64,000 nucleotides of DNA from Microgenomates group bacterium Gr01-1014_7 (GTDB lineage: Bacteria; Patescibacteriota; Microgenomatia; Daviesbacterales; UBA10151), in assembly GCA_007376405.1 (NCBI GenBank), contig VMGD01000004.1, positions 8,960-72,959 of the forward strand, in the 5' to 3' direction. Numbering within the stretch: the first letter of the stretch is position 1; each line of letters begins with the position of its first letter. Shown piece after piece: positions 1-8,502 of this stretch. The notes below the pieces were generated by a model. It had not been told where the DNA came from, did no database searches, and worked only from the letters and a program-made list of their open reading frames with translations. Position numbers and translations under genes: made by a program.

Positions 1-344
1 AGGAGGTAATTAGATCATACCTAGGGCAAAAGCCAATTACTCCGCTCAGTCTAAACCACAAGCAGGTACTAAGCGGCCTGTGTGAGTATTTCAACATTAA
101 AATGTCCGATTTGACCGGCCCGAAAAGGGTTAAAGAACTGGTACTGCCAAGGCATTTGGCAATGCACATTTTATCCGAAGAGCTAAATTTAACTGTTGAA
201 AGAATCGGTGAAATTCTGGGAGGAAGAGATCACACCACAGTCATGCATGGAAGAGACAAAATAAAACATTTAATTACCACTGACAGAGAGATGCAGAGAA
301 TAATGATTGAGGTCAAGCAAACTTTATCCACACCCCAAACTTAA
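1..344 (+). CDS. dnaA: DnaA C-terminal DNA-binding domain (partial; gene starts upstream of the window)
   Basis: The frame is open from nt 3. Translation ..PRHLAMHILSEELNLTVERIGEILGGRDHTTVMHGRDKIKHL.. carries the DnaA domain IV signature (GGRDHTTV). It is followed by a DnaA-box cluster and dnaN. Confidence 0.85.
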   Translation, partial: EVIRSYLGQKPITPLSLNHKQVLSGLCEYFNIKMSDLTGPKRVKELVLPRHLAMHILSEELNLTVERIGEILGGRDHTTVMHGRDKIKHLITTDREMQRIMIEVKQTLSTPQT

Positions 345-500
345 TTATCCACAGACTTATCCACAAAATTTAATCAGTTAACCACACGAAATTCTCCCAA
401 AAATAGCTCTAAATTCTATTCTTTCCACAAATCCACACAGCATACTATCATTACTATTATATTAAATAATAAGGTATAATCGAATCCTAAAGTGGATAAC
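320..500. promoter_or_regulatory. oriC-like region: cluster of DnaA boxes plus an AT-rich unwinding-type stretch
   Basis: TTATCCACA is present at 324-332, 345-353 and 357-365. Variants are TTAACCACA at 378-386, ATCCACACA at 431-439, and the reverse-strand AGTGGATAA at 491-499. A strongly AT-rich run lies at 445-480. The position between dnaA and dnaN is canonical. Confidence 0.7.
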
Positions 501-947
501 TTAAACTGGTACTTAATTGGTTTTATAATCTTTGGTTTATTGATAACTTATTTATTCGGCAGGCTTCAAGGAAGAAAGCCACAGGATATTCCAACAGATT
601 TAATTGATCTTTATCGCGGAGTGCAAGATATACCGGCCAGGGTTTTACAAGTTATTCAGGGTTCAATAAATCCGCAAAAAGGTCGGATGGCTGAGTTGTT
701 AACTTACGCGGAATTGCGTTATGATTACGACCGGATTATTCCTTTGGGTCAGCCAATTGATTTTATCGGTATTAAAAACGGAGACCGGATAGATTTTATA
801 GAAGTTAAATCCGGAATAACTCATCTCTTGACAGATGAGGAAAAACACATTAAAAACCTAATTACTGCCGGAAGAGTGAATTTCAGGTTAATTAAAATAA
901 CGGAAGATGAAATCCAAAAGTTTGTTTCTGCCAGAAAGGAGACTTAA
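492..947 (+). CDS. membrane-anchored PD-(D/E)xK nuclease-fold protein (YraN/Hjc-like)
   Basis: An N-terminal hydrophobic helix (NWYLIGFIIFGLLITYLF) is followed by C-terminal GQPIDFIGIKNGDRIDFIEVKSG, matching the D...(D/E)xK core of the YraN/UPF0102 and Hjc resolvase families. A GTG start lies inside a DnaA box. There is no clear RBS. Confidence 0.45.
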   Translation: MDNLNWYLIGFIIFGLLITYLFGRLQGRKPQDIPTDLIDLYRGVQDIPARVLQVIQGSINPQKGRMAELLTYAELRYDYDRIIPLGQPIDFIGIKNGDRIDFIEVKSGITHLLTDEEKHIKNLITAGRVNFRLIKITEDEIQKFVSARKET

Positions 948-948
948 G

Positions 949-2049
949 ATGAAATTTTCTATTTTACAGCAAGACTTGCTTCCTTCTTTGCAAGCAGCAG
1001 CCAGGTCAACCGGTACCAGGTCCACCCTGCCTGTTTTAGATAATGTCTTGCTCTCCGTCGAGGGGAAAAAACTAAAAATAGCTGCCACCAATTTGGAAAT
1101 AGGAGTAATTAAGTTTGTTCCTGTCCAGAATGGGGTTGACGGGGAAATGACTGTTCCTGCCAAAACTTTGGTTGAACTAATTGCCGGGCTGAGCCAGCTA
1201 GAGGTAACTTTTGAGTCCGAAGGTGAAGGGTTGGCTATAACCGGAGGCAGCTTTAAGGCCTCAGTAAATGGCATTCCTGCCGCTGAGTTCCCTGTGATCC
1301 CCCTGTCTTCCGGAAAAGGTATTAGTTTTCCCAAAGACGCGTTTTTAACTTCCTCACAGATTCTTTTTGCCGCGGCAGTGGATGAAGGAAGACCAGTGCT
1401 TACCGGTATTCTGACAGAAGTTAAGGACTCAAAGCTGGACTTTGTGGCAACAGACGGATTCAGACTTGCTCATAGACAAGTCCCCCTGCCTAAAGCCTCA
1501 GCCCCTCTTAAAACCTTAATCCCCAAAAGAACATATGAGGAGGTCTTAAGGATTATTTCGGAGCAGGAGGTGCCGGAGGTAACCATAGCCACCTCGGAAA
1601 ATCAAAATCAGGCCGTATTCACTCTTGGGGGCACCATTGTTTCCTCAAGATTGATTGAAGGTCAATTCCCTGCCTGGGAGAAAATTGTACCGACAGAGAT
1701 TGTCGGCCGGGCTCTGGTTGAAAAAGAAGCTTTGTTAAAAGCCATCAAGCTGGCAGCGGTTTTTGCCAGAGGTGAAGCTAATATTTTGGTTTTAACCACC
1801 AGAAAAGGGATTTTGAATATAAAGTCCTCAGCCAAAGAAGTAGGCAGTCAGGAAAACGAGATTGAAGGTAATATCGAAGGAGAGCAGCTTCAAATTGCTT
1901 TTAACACCAAATTTTTACAGGACGCTGTAACTAATATTCCAACATCCCAACTTAGTTTTGAGTTTTCAGGGGCATTATCAGCAGCCTTAATTAAACCAAT
2001 TGGGGAAGAGGGGTTGGAATATATTGTCATGCCGGTCAGGTTGAGTTAA
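949..2049 (+). CDS. dnaN: DNA polymerase III beta sliding clamp
   Basis: MKFSILQQDLLPSLQ... is a typical DnaN N-terminus and the product is about 367 aa. An RBS AAGGAG lies at 936-941. The position immediately after dnaA/oriC is canonical. Confidence 0.9.
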   Translation: MKFSILQQDLLPSLQAAARSTGTRSTLPVLDNVLLSVEGKKLKIAATNLEIGVIKFVPVQNGVDGEMTVPAKTLVELIAGLSQLEVTFESEGEGLAITGGSFKASVNGIPAAEFPVIPLSSGKGISFPKDAFLTSSQILFAAAVDEGRPVLTGILTEVKDSKLDFVATDGFRLAHRQVPLPKASAPLKTLIPKRTYEEVLRIISEQEVPEVTIATSENQNQAVFTLGGTIVSSRLIEGQFPAWEKIVPTEIVGRALVEKEALLKAIKLAAVFARGEANILVLTTRKGILNIKSSAKEVGSQENEIEGNIEGEQLQIAFNTKFLQDAVTNIPTSQLSFEFSGALSAALIKPIGEEGLEYIVMPVRLS

Positions 2050-2492
2050 ACCCCCCGGTACTGAACCGTCTTAATGTGAAATATCTTCTCTTCTCCCCAT
2101 CTGCCTAATCCGTCAAACTTAGTCTCAGTTCCGATAAAAAGAGTATAAGTTTGGCCCAGTTCATAAGGCTTTAAGGGGATTATTTTGGCAGTTTTGCGGT
2201 CGGATGAGAGCTCAATATTAAAGTCTATTTTTGGCTCAATTCGCAGTTTAAACTCACCCTTATTTTCTAAGGGCCTGTTAAAAGTAATTTCTATGGTTTG
2301 GGTTGCAGAAACTATAGCTTCTTCCAGCGGGTCAGGTTTGGTTGAAACTATCCGGGGTTTATCATCTTGGGTTTGCGGAGGGGGTGTATTTTCAGGCTGC
2401 GGAGCAGCCCCGGGCTTTTGTAATATAACAGTTATAACCATTATAAAAATTATAATAAGTATGGTTAAAATTATGGTTGTTTTTTGCTTCAT
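2046..2492 (-). CDS. small secreted/TM-anchored protein (N-terminal TM, Pro-rich linker, beta-rich domain)
   Basis: N-terminal helix TIILTILIIIFIMVITVIL, then a PQPENTPPPQTQ linker. It lies in an operon with the T4SS-like genes. Confidence 0.5.
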   Translation of the reverse strand: MKQKTTIILTILIIIFIMVITVILQKPGAAPQPENTPPPQTQDDKPRIVSTKPDPLEEAIVSATQTIEITFNRPLENKGEFKLRIEPKIDFNIELSSDRKTAKIIPLKPYELGQTYTLFIGTETKFDGLGRWGEEKIFHIKTVQYRGV

Positions 2493-2944
2493 TGTTTTGC
2501 CAGCTCAAGGTATTCTATTTTTTGCGTGTTACTATCTATACCAGCGGATTTCATGGCATTTAAACTTTCCTCTTTTGCCTGGGTTAGTTGTTGTTCTTTT
2601 GGGATACTACTGCTTGTTAAATAATAAAGCTCGACTATTAAAGTATCAGTTTCAGGATTATAACTTATAAAATAGTTACCTGCTTTAATTGGAAGTTTAA
2701 GAACCCAAGGTTTGGATTTTATAAATTCCTCACGCGTTTGTCCATATTCTTCCTGATTTAATTTCTCACCTTCAAGTCCTTGAGGAATTATAATGGACGG
2801 TTTTGGAGAGGGGGTGAAAACCTGGATAGGACCAGGCTTTGGTTCTAAAGAAGGTTTACGCACTCCAAAGTAAATAATAGATACTCCTACAATTAAAACT
2901 AGTAAGATAGTGATAGTTGTAATTATTATCTCTGCCTTTTTCAT
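2489..2944 (-). CDS. small TM-anchored exported protein
   Basis: N-terminal helix IIITTITILLVLIVGVSIIYF followed by a Pro-rich linker. Its start overlaps the neighbouring gene, indicating translational coupling. Confidence 0.5.
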   Translation of the reverse strand: MKKAEIIITTITILLVLIVGVSIIYFGVRKPSLEPKPGPIQVFTPSPKPSIIIPQGLEGEKLNQEEYGQTREEFIKSKPWVLKLPIKAGNYFISYNPETDTLIVELYYLTSSSIPKEQQLTQAKEESLNAMKSAGIDSNTQKIEYLELAKQ

Positions 2945-2946
2945 AG

Positions 2947-4509
2947 CTATCGTGTTGCCTGGCCGAAACCAGTAATGTTATACCTCCTTGCGGTAGTTTG
3001 TGCATTGATCGCTCGATGATTTTGTACAGATACTACATCCTCTGTTACGACATTATTTGCGTCGTATGTCCTAATTACTCCATTTCCTTCTTGGCTTACT
3101 TCTACTGATCTAATTAGGCTGGCATGCTGATTCCCGATACCTTCAAAAAATATTACATCTCCGGGTCTTAGTTGCTCAACAGCACTGCTTGCCTGCAACA
3201 GTTGATAGCCAGCGGTGTTTGCAAAAAATGATTTCATGGTTAGGACAGCGGCATGCGAACCTCTGCTTAAACCAAAATATCCCGCTCTGTTGTAGGCATC
3301 CACAATTAAAAAGGTACACCAATAGTATACACCTGGTTCATCTCGTTTGTTATGGTATAGACGATCTTCCAAAGAAGGACTATTGGGGTTTAATGGGTAA
3401 AGTAAGGGAGTAATTTGTGATGCTATGCTAACAATAGCAGTCAGACTGCTCGAAACAGTAACACTGGGATCTCTAAATGGAATAGTATAGTCCAAAGTAC
3501 CGGCAGCACCCCCTCCGCCGGGGCTGAGTCCCCCTATAAACCCTGTTAAAAAAATCAGGCCAAATGCCCCCAGAAACAAAAATAATACTTTTTTATTCCC
3601 TCCCGGCAGCTTTAATCCTCCTCTGCCCACAATATTGGAAAGCCTTGCTCCCGCGTTAATTGTGCCGTTTAACGCTTTCATCCCCCAGCTGTTCCAGGTT
3701 GCCCCTCCTACTCCTCCGAATAATGCGCCCAAAGGGCTGCCTGTCAGTACTCCTCCGGCAAAACCTCCCAGCGCGGTTCTTGTAATAGGAAGCACATTAG
3801 TTTTTAGGAAAATTCCTGCTTTGGAAGCGATACTGCTCCCCAGTGATCTTATACCCATAGGAATTTTTGGTGCTTGAAATCTTCTGCCTGCGGTTTTTGC
3901 TGCAGAGGGTTCTTCGGCTGCTTTAGGGTTTAAGTTATAGGTAAGGTTACCTGACAGACCGGAGCTGGAACCAGTGGTAGAGCTGACAGCGGGATTTGTC
4001 ATTGTTACTTTAGCAGCAGCGCCGCTGGATGTAGTTTGGCCGGGAGTAGGCTCTGGAGCACGGGGAACATTGCGGATGATCCTGCGGGGGGTAGCAGCAG
4101 CCCCGCCGGCCATTCCCGGAAAAGGCATCCCCCCGGCCATAGAGCTTGCAGGTTCTCCAACAGGAACTTGTTCAGTAGTCCCCCCCTCTTGTCCGCCCGG
4201 CTGCTCGCTAACAGTTCCAACTGCCACCGGTTTTTCTTCTAAAGCTTCTGTCAGCTCAACCCGACCCTCTTTAAACTCGCCTGAAAGAAATTTCCGGTTA
4301 CCCTCATTTCTTAAATACTCTCTTAAATAATTAAAAAAGACATTATCATCTTTGAATTTATCTCCCTGAAATTGCGGGAGCTCACGCAGCAACTGAAGAC
4401 AGTGAGTCTTACGCTCGGGTGTTAAGCCTTGAATTTGTTCTAAGCGTTGGCCGCTTACTTTGATTGCTGAAAAAAAGGTTTTTAAGTCCTGTATTTCCTG
4501 AATAGTCAT
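2947..4509 (-). CDS. CHAP-domain peptidoglycan hydrolase with Gly/Pro-rich linker and single TM (VirB1-functional analogue of Gram-positive T4SS)
   Basis: The C-terminus carries ..YYWCTFLIVDAYNRAG.. (catalytic Cys) and ..GNQHASLIRSVE.. (His), typical of CHAP amidases/peptidases. A TM helix VLFLFLGAFGLIFLTGFIGGL is present. The gene is adjacent to VirB4. Confidence 0.7.
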   Translation of the reverse strand: MTIQEIQDLKTFFSAIKVSGQRLEQIQGLTPERKTHCLQLLRELPQFQGDKFKDDNVFFNYLREYLRNEGNRKFLSGEFKEGRVELTEALEEKPVAVGTVSEQPGGQEGGTTEQVPVGEPASSMAGGMPFPGMAGGAAATPRRIIRNVPRAPEPTPGQTTSSGAAAKVTMTNPAVSSTTGSSSGLSGNLTYNLNPKAAEEPSAAKTAGRRFQAPKIPMGIRSLGSSIASKAGIFLKTNVLPITRTALGGFAGGVLTGSPLGALFGGVGGATWNSWGMKALNGTINAGARLSNIVGRGGLKLPGGNKKVLFLFLGAFGLIFLTGFIGGLSPGGGGAAGTLDYTIPFRDPSVTVSSSLTAIVSIASQITPLLYPLNPNSPSLEDRLYHNKRDEPGVYYWCTFLIVDAYNRAGYFGLSRGSHAAVLTMKSFFANTAGYQLLQASSAVEQLRPGDVIFFEGIGNQHASLIRSVEVSQEGNGVIRTYDANNVVTEDVVSVQNHRAINAQTTARRYNITGFGQATR

Positions 4510-4524
4510 AAATTTAGTTTACCA

Positions 4525-6291
4525 TCAAACACTTTGACGGGCCAGGATTTCTTCTGGACTGGAAGTAATCAGCTGATGTTCAAAAGGTGCTGCTACCACC
4601 CTCATGGCCACGTGAGTATTACCGGCAAAAAAGAGACCCTGTCCAACCCCTGCGGAAAGAAGCAGTCTCTGTTCTCCTTCGGATAAATCAAACTCCTGGG
4701 CTAAAAGGTCAATAGAGACAGGAGCCTGTTTTAAAAGAACCTGAATGGAGGAATTGGAAATAATCTCTTTACCCCGCTCGGTTGCCAGAAAATCTTCTAC
4801 ATCCTGGGTGATGGTGGTTAAACCCAGATAATACTTGCGCGCTCTTTTGGCCAAATCTACCAGGAATTCGGCAGAATCCGGGTTTCTCATTAAATACCAG
4901 GCTTCATCCACGATCATAATTCTTTTTTTCAATTTAGTGCGGATTTTAGTCCAGACGAAGTCCAGAATCATATGAATTGCTAAGGGTCTAAGTTGATCCG
5001 GCAAGTCACGAACCGAAAAAACAGTAAAGGAGTTACTGATATTAATAGTTGATTGAGAAGAAAAGATGCCAATCAGCGATCCTTTGATAAATCTCTCAAG
5101 CCTGGCTGCAAGTTCCATAGCTGCCGGTTCTTCCATCCCGACTAAAACTTTATATAAATCCTCCATTAAAGGTGGGCCTGAGACAGGGTTTATCTGGGTT
5201 TTCGGGTCATCGGTAATGCCTTTTTGCTGGTAGGTTAGTTTTAGCGCCCGATCCAGAATTGCTCCCTCAGTGGCAGTTAAATTTCCCAATATAAGTTTTA
5301 AGAAAGCTGTTAAAGAGAGAATCTTGCGGCCCAGCTCATTTTCCCCCGGCACTACTTCGGCAGACATATCAAAAGGGTTAATTTTAGCAGGAGAGGAGGG
5401 AGAGAAATTAATAAACTCTCCGCCAACAGCTTCAGCCAAAGGCAAATACTCCTGCTCCGGGTCAATCACCAAAACATCGGTCCCAAACATCAGTGATCGT
5501 AGTGCCTCTAGTTTTACAAGATAGCTTTTTCCGGCTCCGCTTTTAGCAAATACAACCGAGTTAAAGTTCTCTAAAGTAAACCTGTCAAATAAAATTAAAG
5601 AATCATTATGTTCATTAATGCCATACATTATTCCCTCGTTGGCTGTTAACTCCGATGAAGCAAAAGGAAAGGTTGTAGCAAGCGAAGTTGTATCCATGTT
5701 ATGAGTTAAATTTAAAAGGTCCGCACCCAAAGGCAGACTGGATTTAAACCCGTCTTCCATTTGCAAGCTGACAGCTCTTGCGGTCATAGACAGCGAAGCC
5801 AGGGTTGATTCAACCAGTTTGCAGGTGTTATGCAATTCTTCTTTGGATGCGCTCGGCACAGTAACATAAAGAGAAAACTGGAAAAATCTCTCCACTCCTC
5901 TAACCAGCTGGTCCTGCAAACCCTGGGCATCTTCCAAAGCCACTTCAACTGCAGGATCAATAGCCCTGCCCCGTTCAAGATCGGTTTGTATGGTTGCCTG
6001 CATCTCGGCAATTTTTCTTTTTAATTCGTCCAGAACTCCGCCTGATTCGGAGGGGTAAATAAACATGGAAATTAAAAGAGAATGATCAAAAGAGACCAGT
6101 GGTTCAAGCCAGTTTGATTCAACAAAGCGGGGATAATTTGACACAAAATAGGTTCTAAAAAGCCGGCCGTCAATCCTCAGATTATCAAAGTCAACCTCAA
6201 TTTCGGAAGGAGCCAGGGTATCCTCCAGAGTTAACTGAGGTCTAGTATTATCTTGAACTTTTGGTTTTTTAAATAAGTTAGGTAATTTCAT
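4525..6291 (-). CDS. virB4: VirB4/TrbE/CagE-family T4SS ATPase
   Basis: Walker A FAKSGAGKSYLV, Walker B IMIVDEAWYLM, and a 588-aa product with an N-terminal VirB4-type domain. It is clustered with PrgI-like and CHAP genes. Confidence 0.75.
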   Translation of the reverse strand: MKLPNLFKKPKVQDNTRPQLTLEDTLAPSEIEVDFDNLRIDGRLFRTYFVSNYPRFVESNWLEPLVSFDHSLLISMFIYPSESGGVLDELKRKIAEMQATIQTDLERGRAIDPAVEVALEDAQGLQDQLVRGVERFFQFSLYVTVPSASKEELHNTCKLVESTLASLSMTARAVSLQMEDGFKSSLPLGADLLNLTHNMDTTSLATTFPFASSELTANEGIMYGINEHNDSLILFDRFTLENFNSVVFAKSGAGKSYLVKLEALRSLMFGTDVLVIDPEQEYLPLAEAVGGEFINFSPSSPAKINPFDMSAEVVPGENELGRKILSLTAFLKLILGNLTATEGAILDRALKLTYQQKGITDDPKTQINPVSGPPLMEDLYKVLVGMEEPAAMELAARLERFIKGSLIGIFSSQSTINISNSFTVFSVRDLPDQLRPLAIHMILDFVWTKIRTKLKKRIMIVDEAWYLMRNPDSAEFLVDLAKRARKYYLGLTTITQDVEDFLATERGKEIISNSSIQVLLKQAPVSIDLLAQEFDLSEGEQRLLLSAGVGQGLFFAGNTHVAMRVVAAPFEHQLITSSPEEILARQSV

Positions 6292-6383
6292 AGAGCTTTA
6301 TTAATTTTCAATTTTCAATGTTTTAAACATTAAGTCATTAAAAATTCATTGTAAATTGGTCATTGGTTATTGAAAATTTCATA

Positions 6384-7112
6384 TTATTCCTCCAACTCCT
6401 CCACTACAAAGGGATGAGTTCGGGAGGGTTGACTAACTAAAGGTGATGTTTCTTGAGCTTGTGGTGAGGGAACCGTGTTTGGTTTAGATTGGGGGATCGG
6501 CTGCGGTTTTTTTAAACTGACCTCTATTTTTTCCGTTTCTCCCGCAGCAGGTATTGTTTCTACAAAGTAGCCGTTATAGATATTATAAAAAAGTTCAATC
6601 AGTTTCTGGTTATCTAACTGGGTAGCTCGAAGTCCAACTCTGTTTAGCTGTCTTATTATCTGATCCCGTCTTGGCAAAAGCACGGTTTTGATTTTTTGCT
6701 CCAGGCTTTCTTTTGAAGCAGTGAGGCCGAGTTCCAAAGAATAAAGCGGTATTACCAGATAAAATTTTTTGTCCAAAACATCATTTTCTTTGATGGTTAC
6801 CCGAATAAATTGTCGGTAGTTGCCAATCATTCTGGACAGTAGCGGATTAGTTTGCGCTTTTTGGGCTTTATCTAAAAGAGTTAAGTAAGAACTGATATTT
6901 AATCTTTCCGAATAAACAAAAATCTGAATGCTGAAACTTAACGAATTAAGCATTTGGGCAAAGGTAAAAATTATACCCATTTGTTCCCGCTCGGATAGAA
7001 GCCCAAAATTAACAGCGGAAACTTGTAAAATCAAAACACCGCCACCGTTTTTAAGAAGGACAAGATCATCTTTTACATCCGATATTAATAAATGCTGTTG
7101 TGTAGTATTCAT
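6384..7112 (-). CDS. hypothetical T4SS-associated protein (possibly a split N-terminal VirB4-type domain)
   Basis: 242-aa soluble protein lying between the PrgI-like gene and virB4 in the same orientation. No recognisable catalytic motif. Confidence 0.4.
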   Translation of the reverse strand: MNTTQQHLLISDVKDDLVLLKNGGGVLILQVSAVNFGLLSEREQMGIIFTFAQMLNSLSFSIQIFVYSERLNISSYLTLLDKAQKAQTNPLLSRMIGNYRQFIRVTIKENDVLDKKFYLVIPLYSLELGLTASKESLEQKIKTVLLPRRDQIIRQLNRVGLRATQLDNQKLIELFYNIYNGYFVETIPAAGETEKIEVSLKKPQPIPQSKPNTVPSPQAQETSPLVSQPSRTHPFVVEELEE

Positions 7113-7113
7113 A

Positions 7114-7190
7114 TAGTTAGGGTATAGGGTTTAGGGGTCAGGGTTTAGTTTTAATTTTAACTATACCCTATACCCTAGTCGCTATACCCT
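7114..7190. repeat. inverted repeat of the GGGTATAGGG/CCCTATACCC family (hairpin)
   Basis: TAGTTAGGGTATAGGGTTTAGGGGTCAGGGTTTAG (7114-7148) is complementary to CTATACCCTATACCCTAG..CTATACCCT (7161-7190). A related copy is at 34094-34129. Confidence 0.55.
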
Positions 7191-8260
7191 TATTTTGCCG
7201 TTATCAAGAGTGGAGGTAAAACCTCCCCGGACAGTTCTATCTGCAAAACATCAAAGGTAAAATTCTCTTTTTCCAGTTCCAGAGTATATGTGCCGTTAGG
7301 CAAAGGGGTTGAGCCTGTAAATTGACCCAGTTTATTAGTCTTCAGGGCTCTAACAGGCAGTCCTTCTTTATCATGAATAACAGCAATTACTCCTTCCAGA
7401 TAAGATCCGGATTTAGCTTTGACAATACCGTTTATAACATTAGGGAAAGTAGTCAGGGCTACTTGGGTTTGTTTAACTTTTACGGGAATAACTACTTTTA
7501 TTTTTTCTTTTTCCGGCTCCTTTGCCTGTGGCTTTTGGGGTTCTGTTACTTGTTCCATTTGTTCTCTGACTGCTGAAGCTTGATTAACCAGGGTTTGCAG
7601 GTTGCTCATGACCTGGTTGATCTGCTGGCTGTAGTCAACAGGTATGGGAGTTGGTTGAGTAGCCTCTGTTTTAATTTGATTTAGCGCTCGCTCGGTTTGA
7701 ACAATTCTAAACTGCAGGTTTTGGGCCTGGCGCGCCAGATCAACAGTTTTAGCCAGTTCATCAGCAGTAGGAAATGGAGCAACCGGTAGGGGTTGGGGCG
7801 GAGGGGTTGCGGGGGGTGGCTTATTTTCTGCTGGGGCCTGATGGGGGTTTAGACCGGAAAGATACAGCACCAGCCGGCTGTTAAACAGCGAATCTTCTTT
7901 AAAACTCTTATCATTTTTTTTCCAGGCCCTCCTAGTGGGAGAATAGATAGCCTTAAAAAAGGCTGCCACCCAATGATCAAGTGGTCTTGAACTGATGGGT
8001 AAAAAGGCAAAGGCTACCCCTAATAGAGCTGAAATTACAATCAGCGGCCAGGTCAGGAAAGGATATTTTGCTGCAAAAAAGACAAAAATGCCGTAGGCAA
8101 TACTTGAACCTGCTGCCAGATATAAAAACTGCTTTAAAGTCATGTCTCCCACCAGACGGAATTGGAAACTGGTCACATTTTGCGGAATAGGATGCGGGTT
8201 CATAGCACTATCTATATACAATGTGAAAAAAATATTGGCAAGCACCACAAAAGGGATCAT
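7190..8260 (-). CDS. PrgI/VirB3-like T4SS membrane protein with Pro-rich linker and C-terminal beta-sandwich domain
   Basis: N-terminal ..IPQNVTSFQFRLVGDMTLKQFLYLAAGSSIAYGIFVFF.. matches the PrgI-family signature (dispensable prefix, then an FxxRQFL TM hairpin). Confidence 0.6.
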   Translation of the reverse strand: MIPFVVLANIFFTLYIDSAMNPHPIPQNVTSFQFRLVGDMTLKQFLYLAAGSSIAYGIFVFFAAKYPFLTWPLIVISALLGVAFAFLPISSRPLDHWVAAFFKAIYSPTRRAWKKNDKSFKEDSLFNSRLVLYLSGLNPHQAPAENKPPPATPPPQPLPVAPFPTADELAKTVDLARQAQNLQFRIVQTERALNQIKTEATQPTPIPVDYSQQINQVMSNLQTLVNQASAVREQMEQVTEPQKPQAKEPEKEKIKVVIPVKVKQTQVALTTFPNVINGIVKAKSGSYLEGVIAVIHDKEGLPVRALKTNKLGQFTGSTPLPNGTYTLELEKENFTFDVLQIELSGEVLPPLLITAK

Positions 8261-8319
8261 TATGGGACAATTAATATCTACCCCAACATCTTGTGGGTTG
8301 ACTTTAATACTTTTCGTGT

Positions 8320-8500
8320 TATTCTAGGTAGTGTGGTGTGCCAGTCCGCCTTTGGCGGACCAAGGCGCAAAAAGGGAATGCTGTGTAAATCAGCAGCTGT
8401 GCCGCAACTGTTAGCCCTGAGCGTAGTCGAAGGGTAAAGCCAGGAGACCGACCACAATTTATCCTGTACCGTCTGGTACGGGGATCCCGATTCAGGAGTA
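8320..8500 (+). other. GC-rich structured intergenic element (possible ncRNA or 5' leader)
   Basis: Local GC is far above the flanks. There is a perfect hairpin GTCCGCC-UUUG-GGCGGAC, a terminal helix GUGUGGU...ACCACA, and a hairpin CUGUACC-GUCU-GGUACGG. Confidence 0.25.
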
Positions 8501-8502
8501 AT

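Noticed and set aside
3189-4330. Several 60-120 aa ORFs antisense to the CHAP gene (3189..3413, 3635..3877, 3974..4330, 4005..4220, 4036..4242)
   Set aside because: They lie within the GC-rich Gly/Pro/Ala-coding part of a well-supported gene, which produces long antisense ORFs by composition alone.
8320-8500. SRP (4.5S) RNA
   Set aside because: It has CCAAGGC and GUGUGCC-like strings, but the apical loop is UUUG rather than GNRA. The conserved AGCAGC and GGAA elements are not in the proper arrangement.
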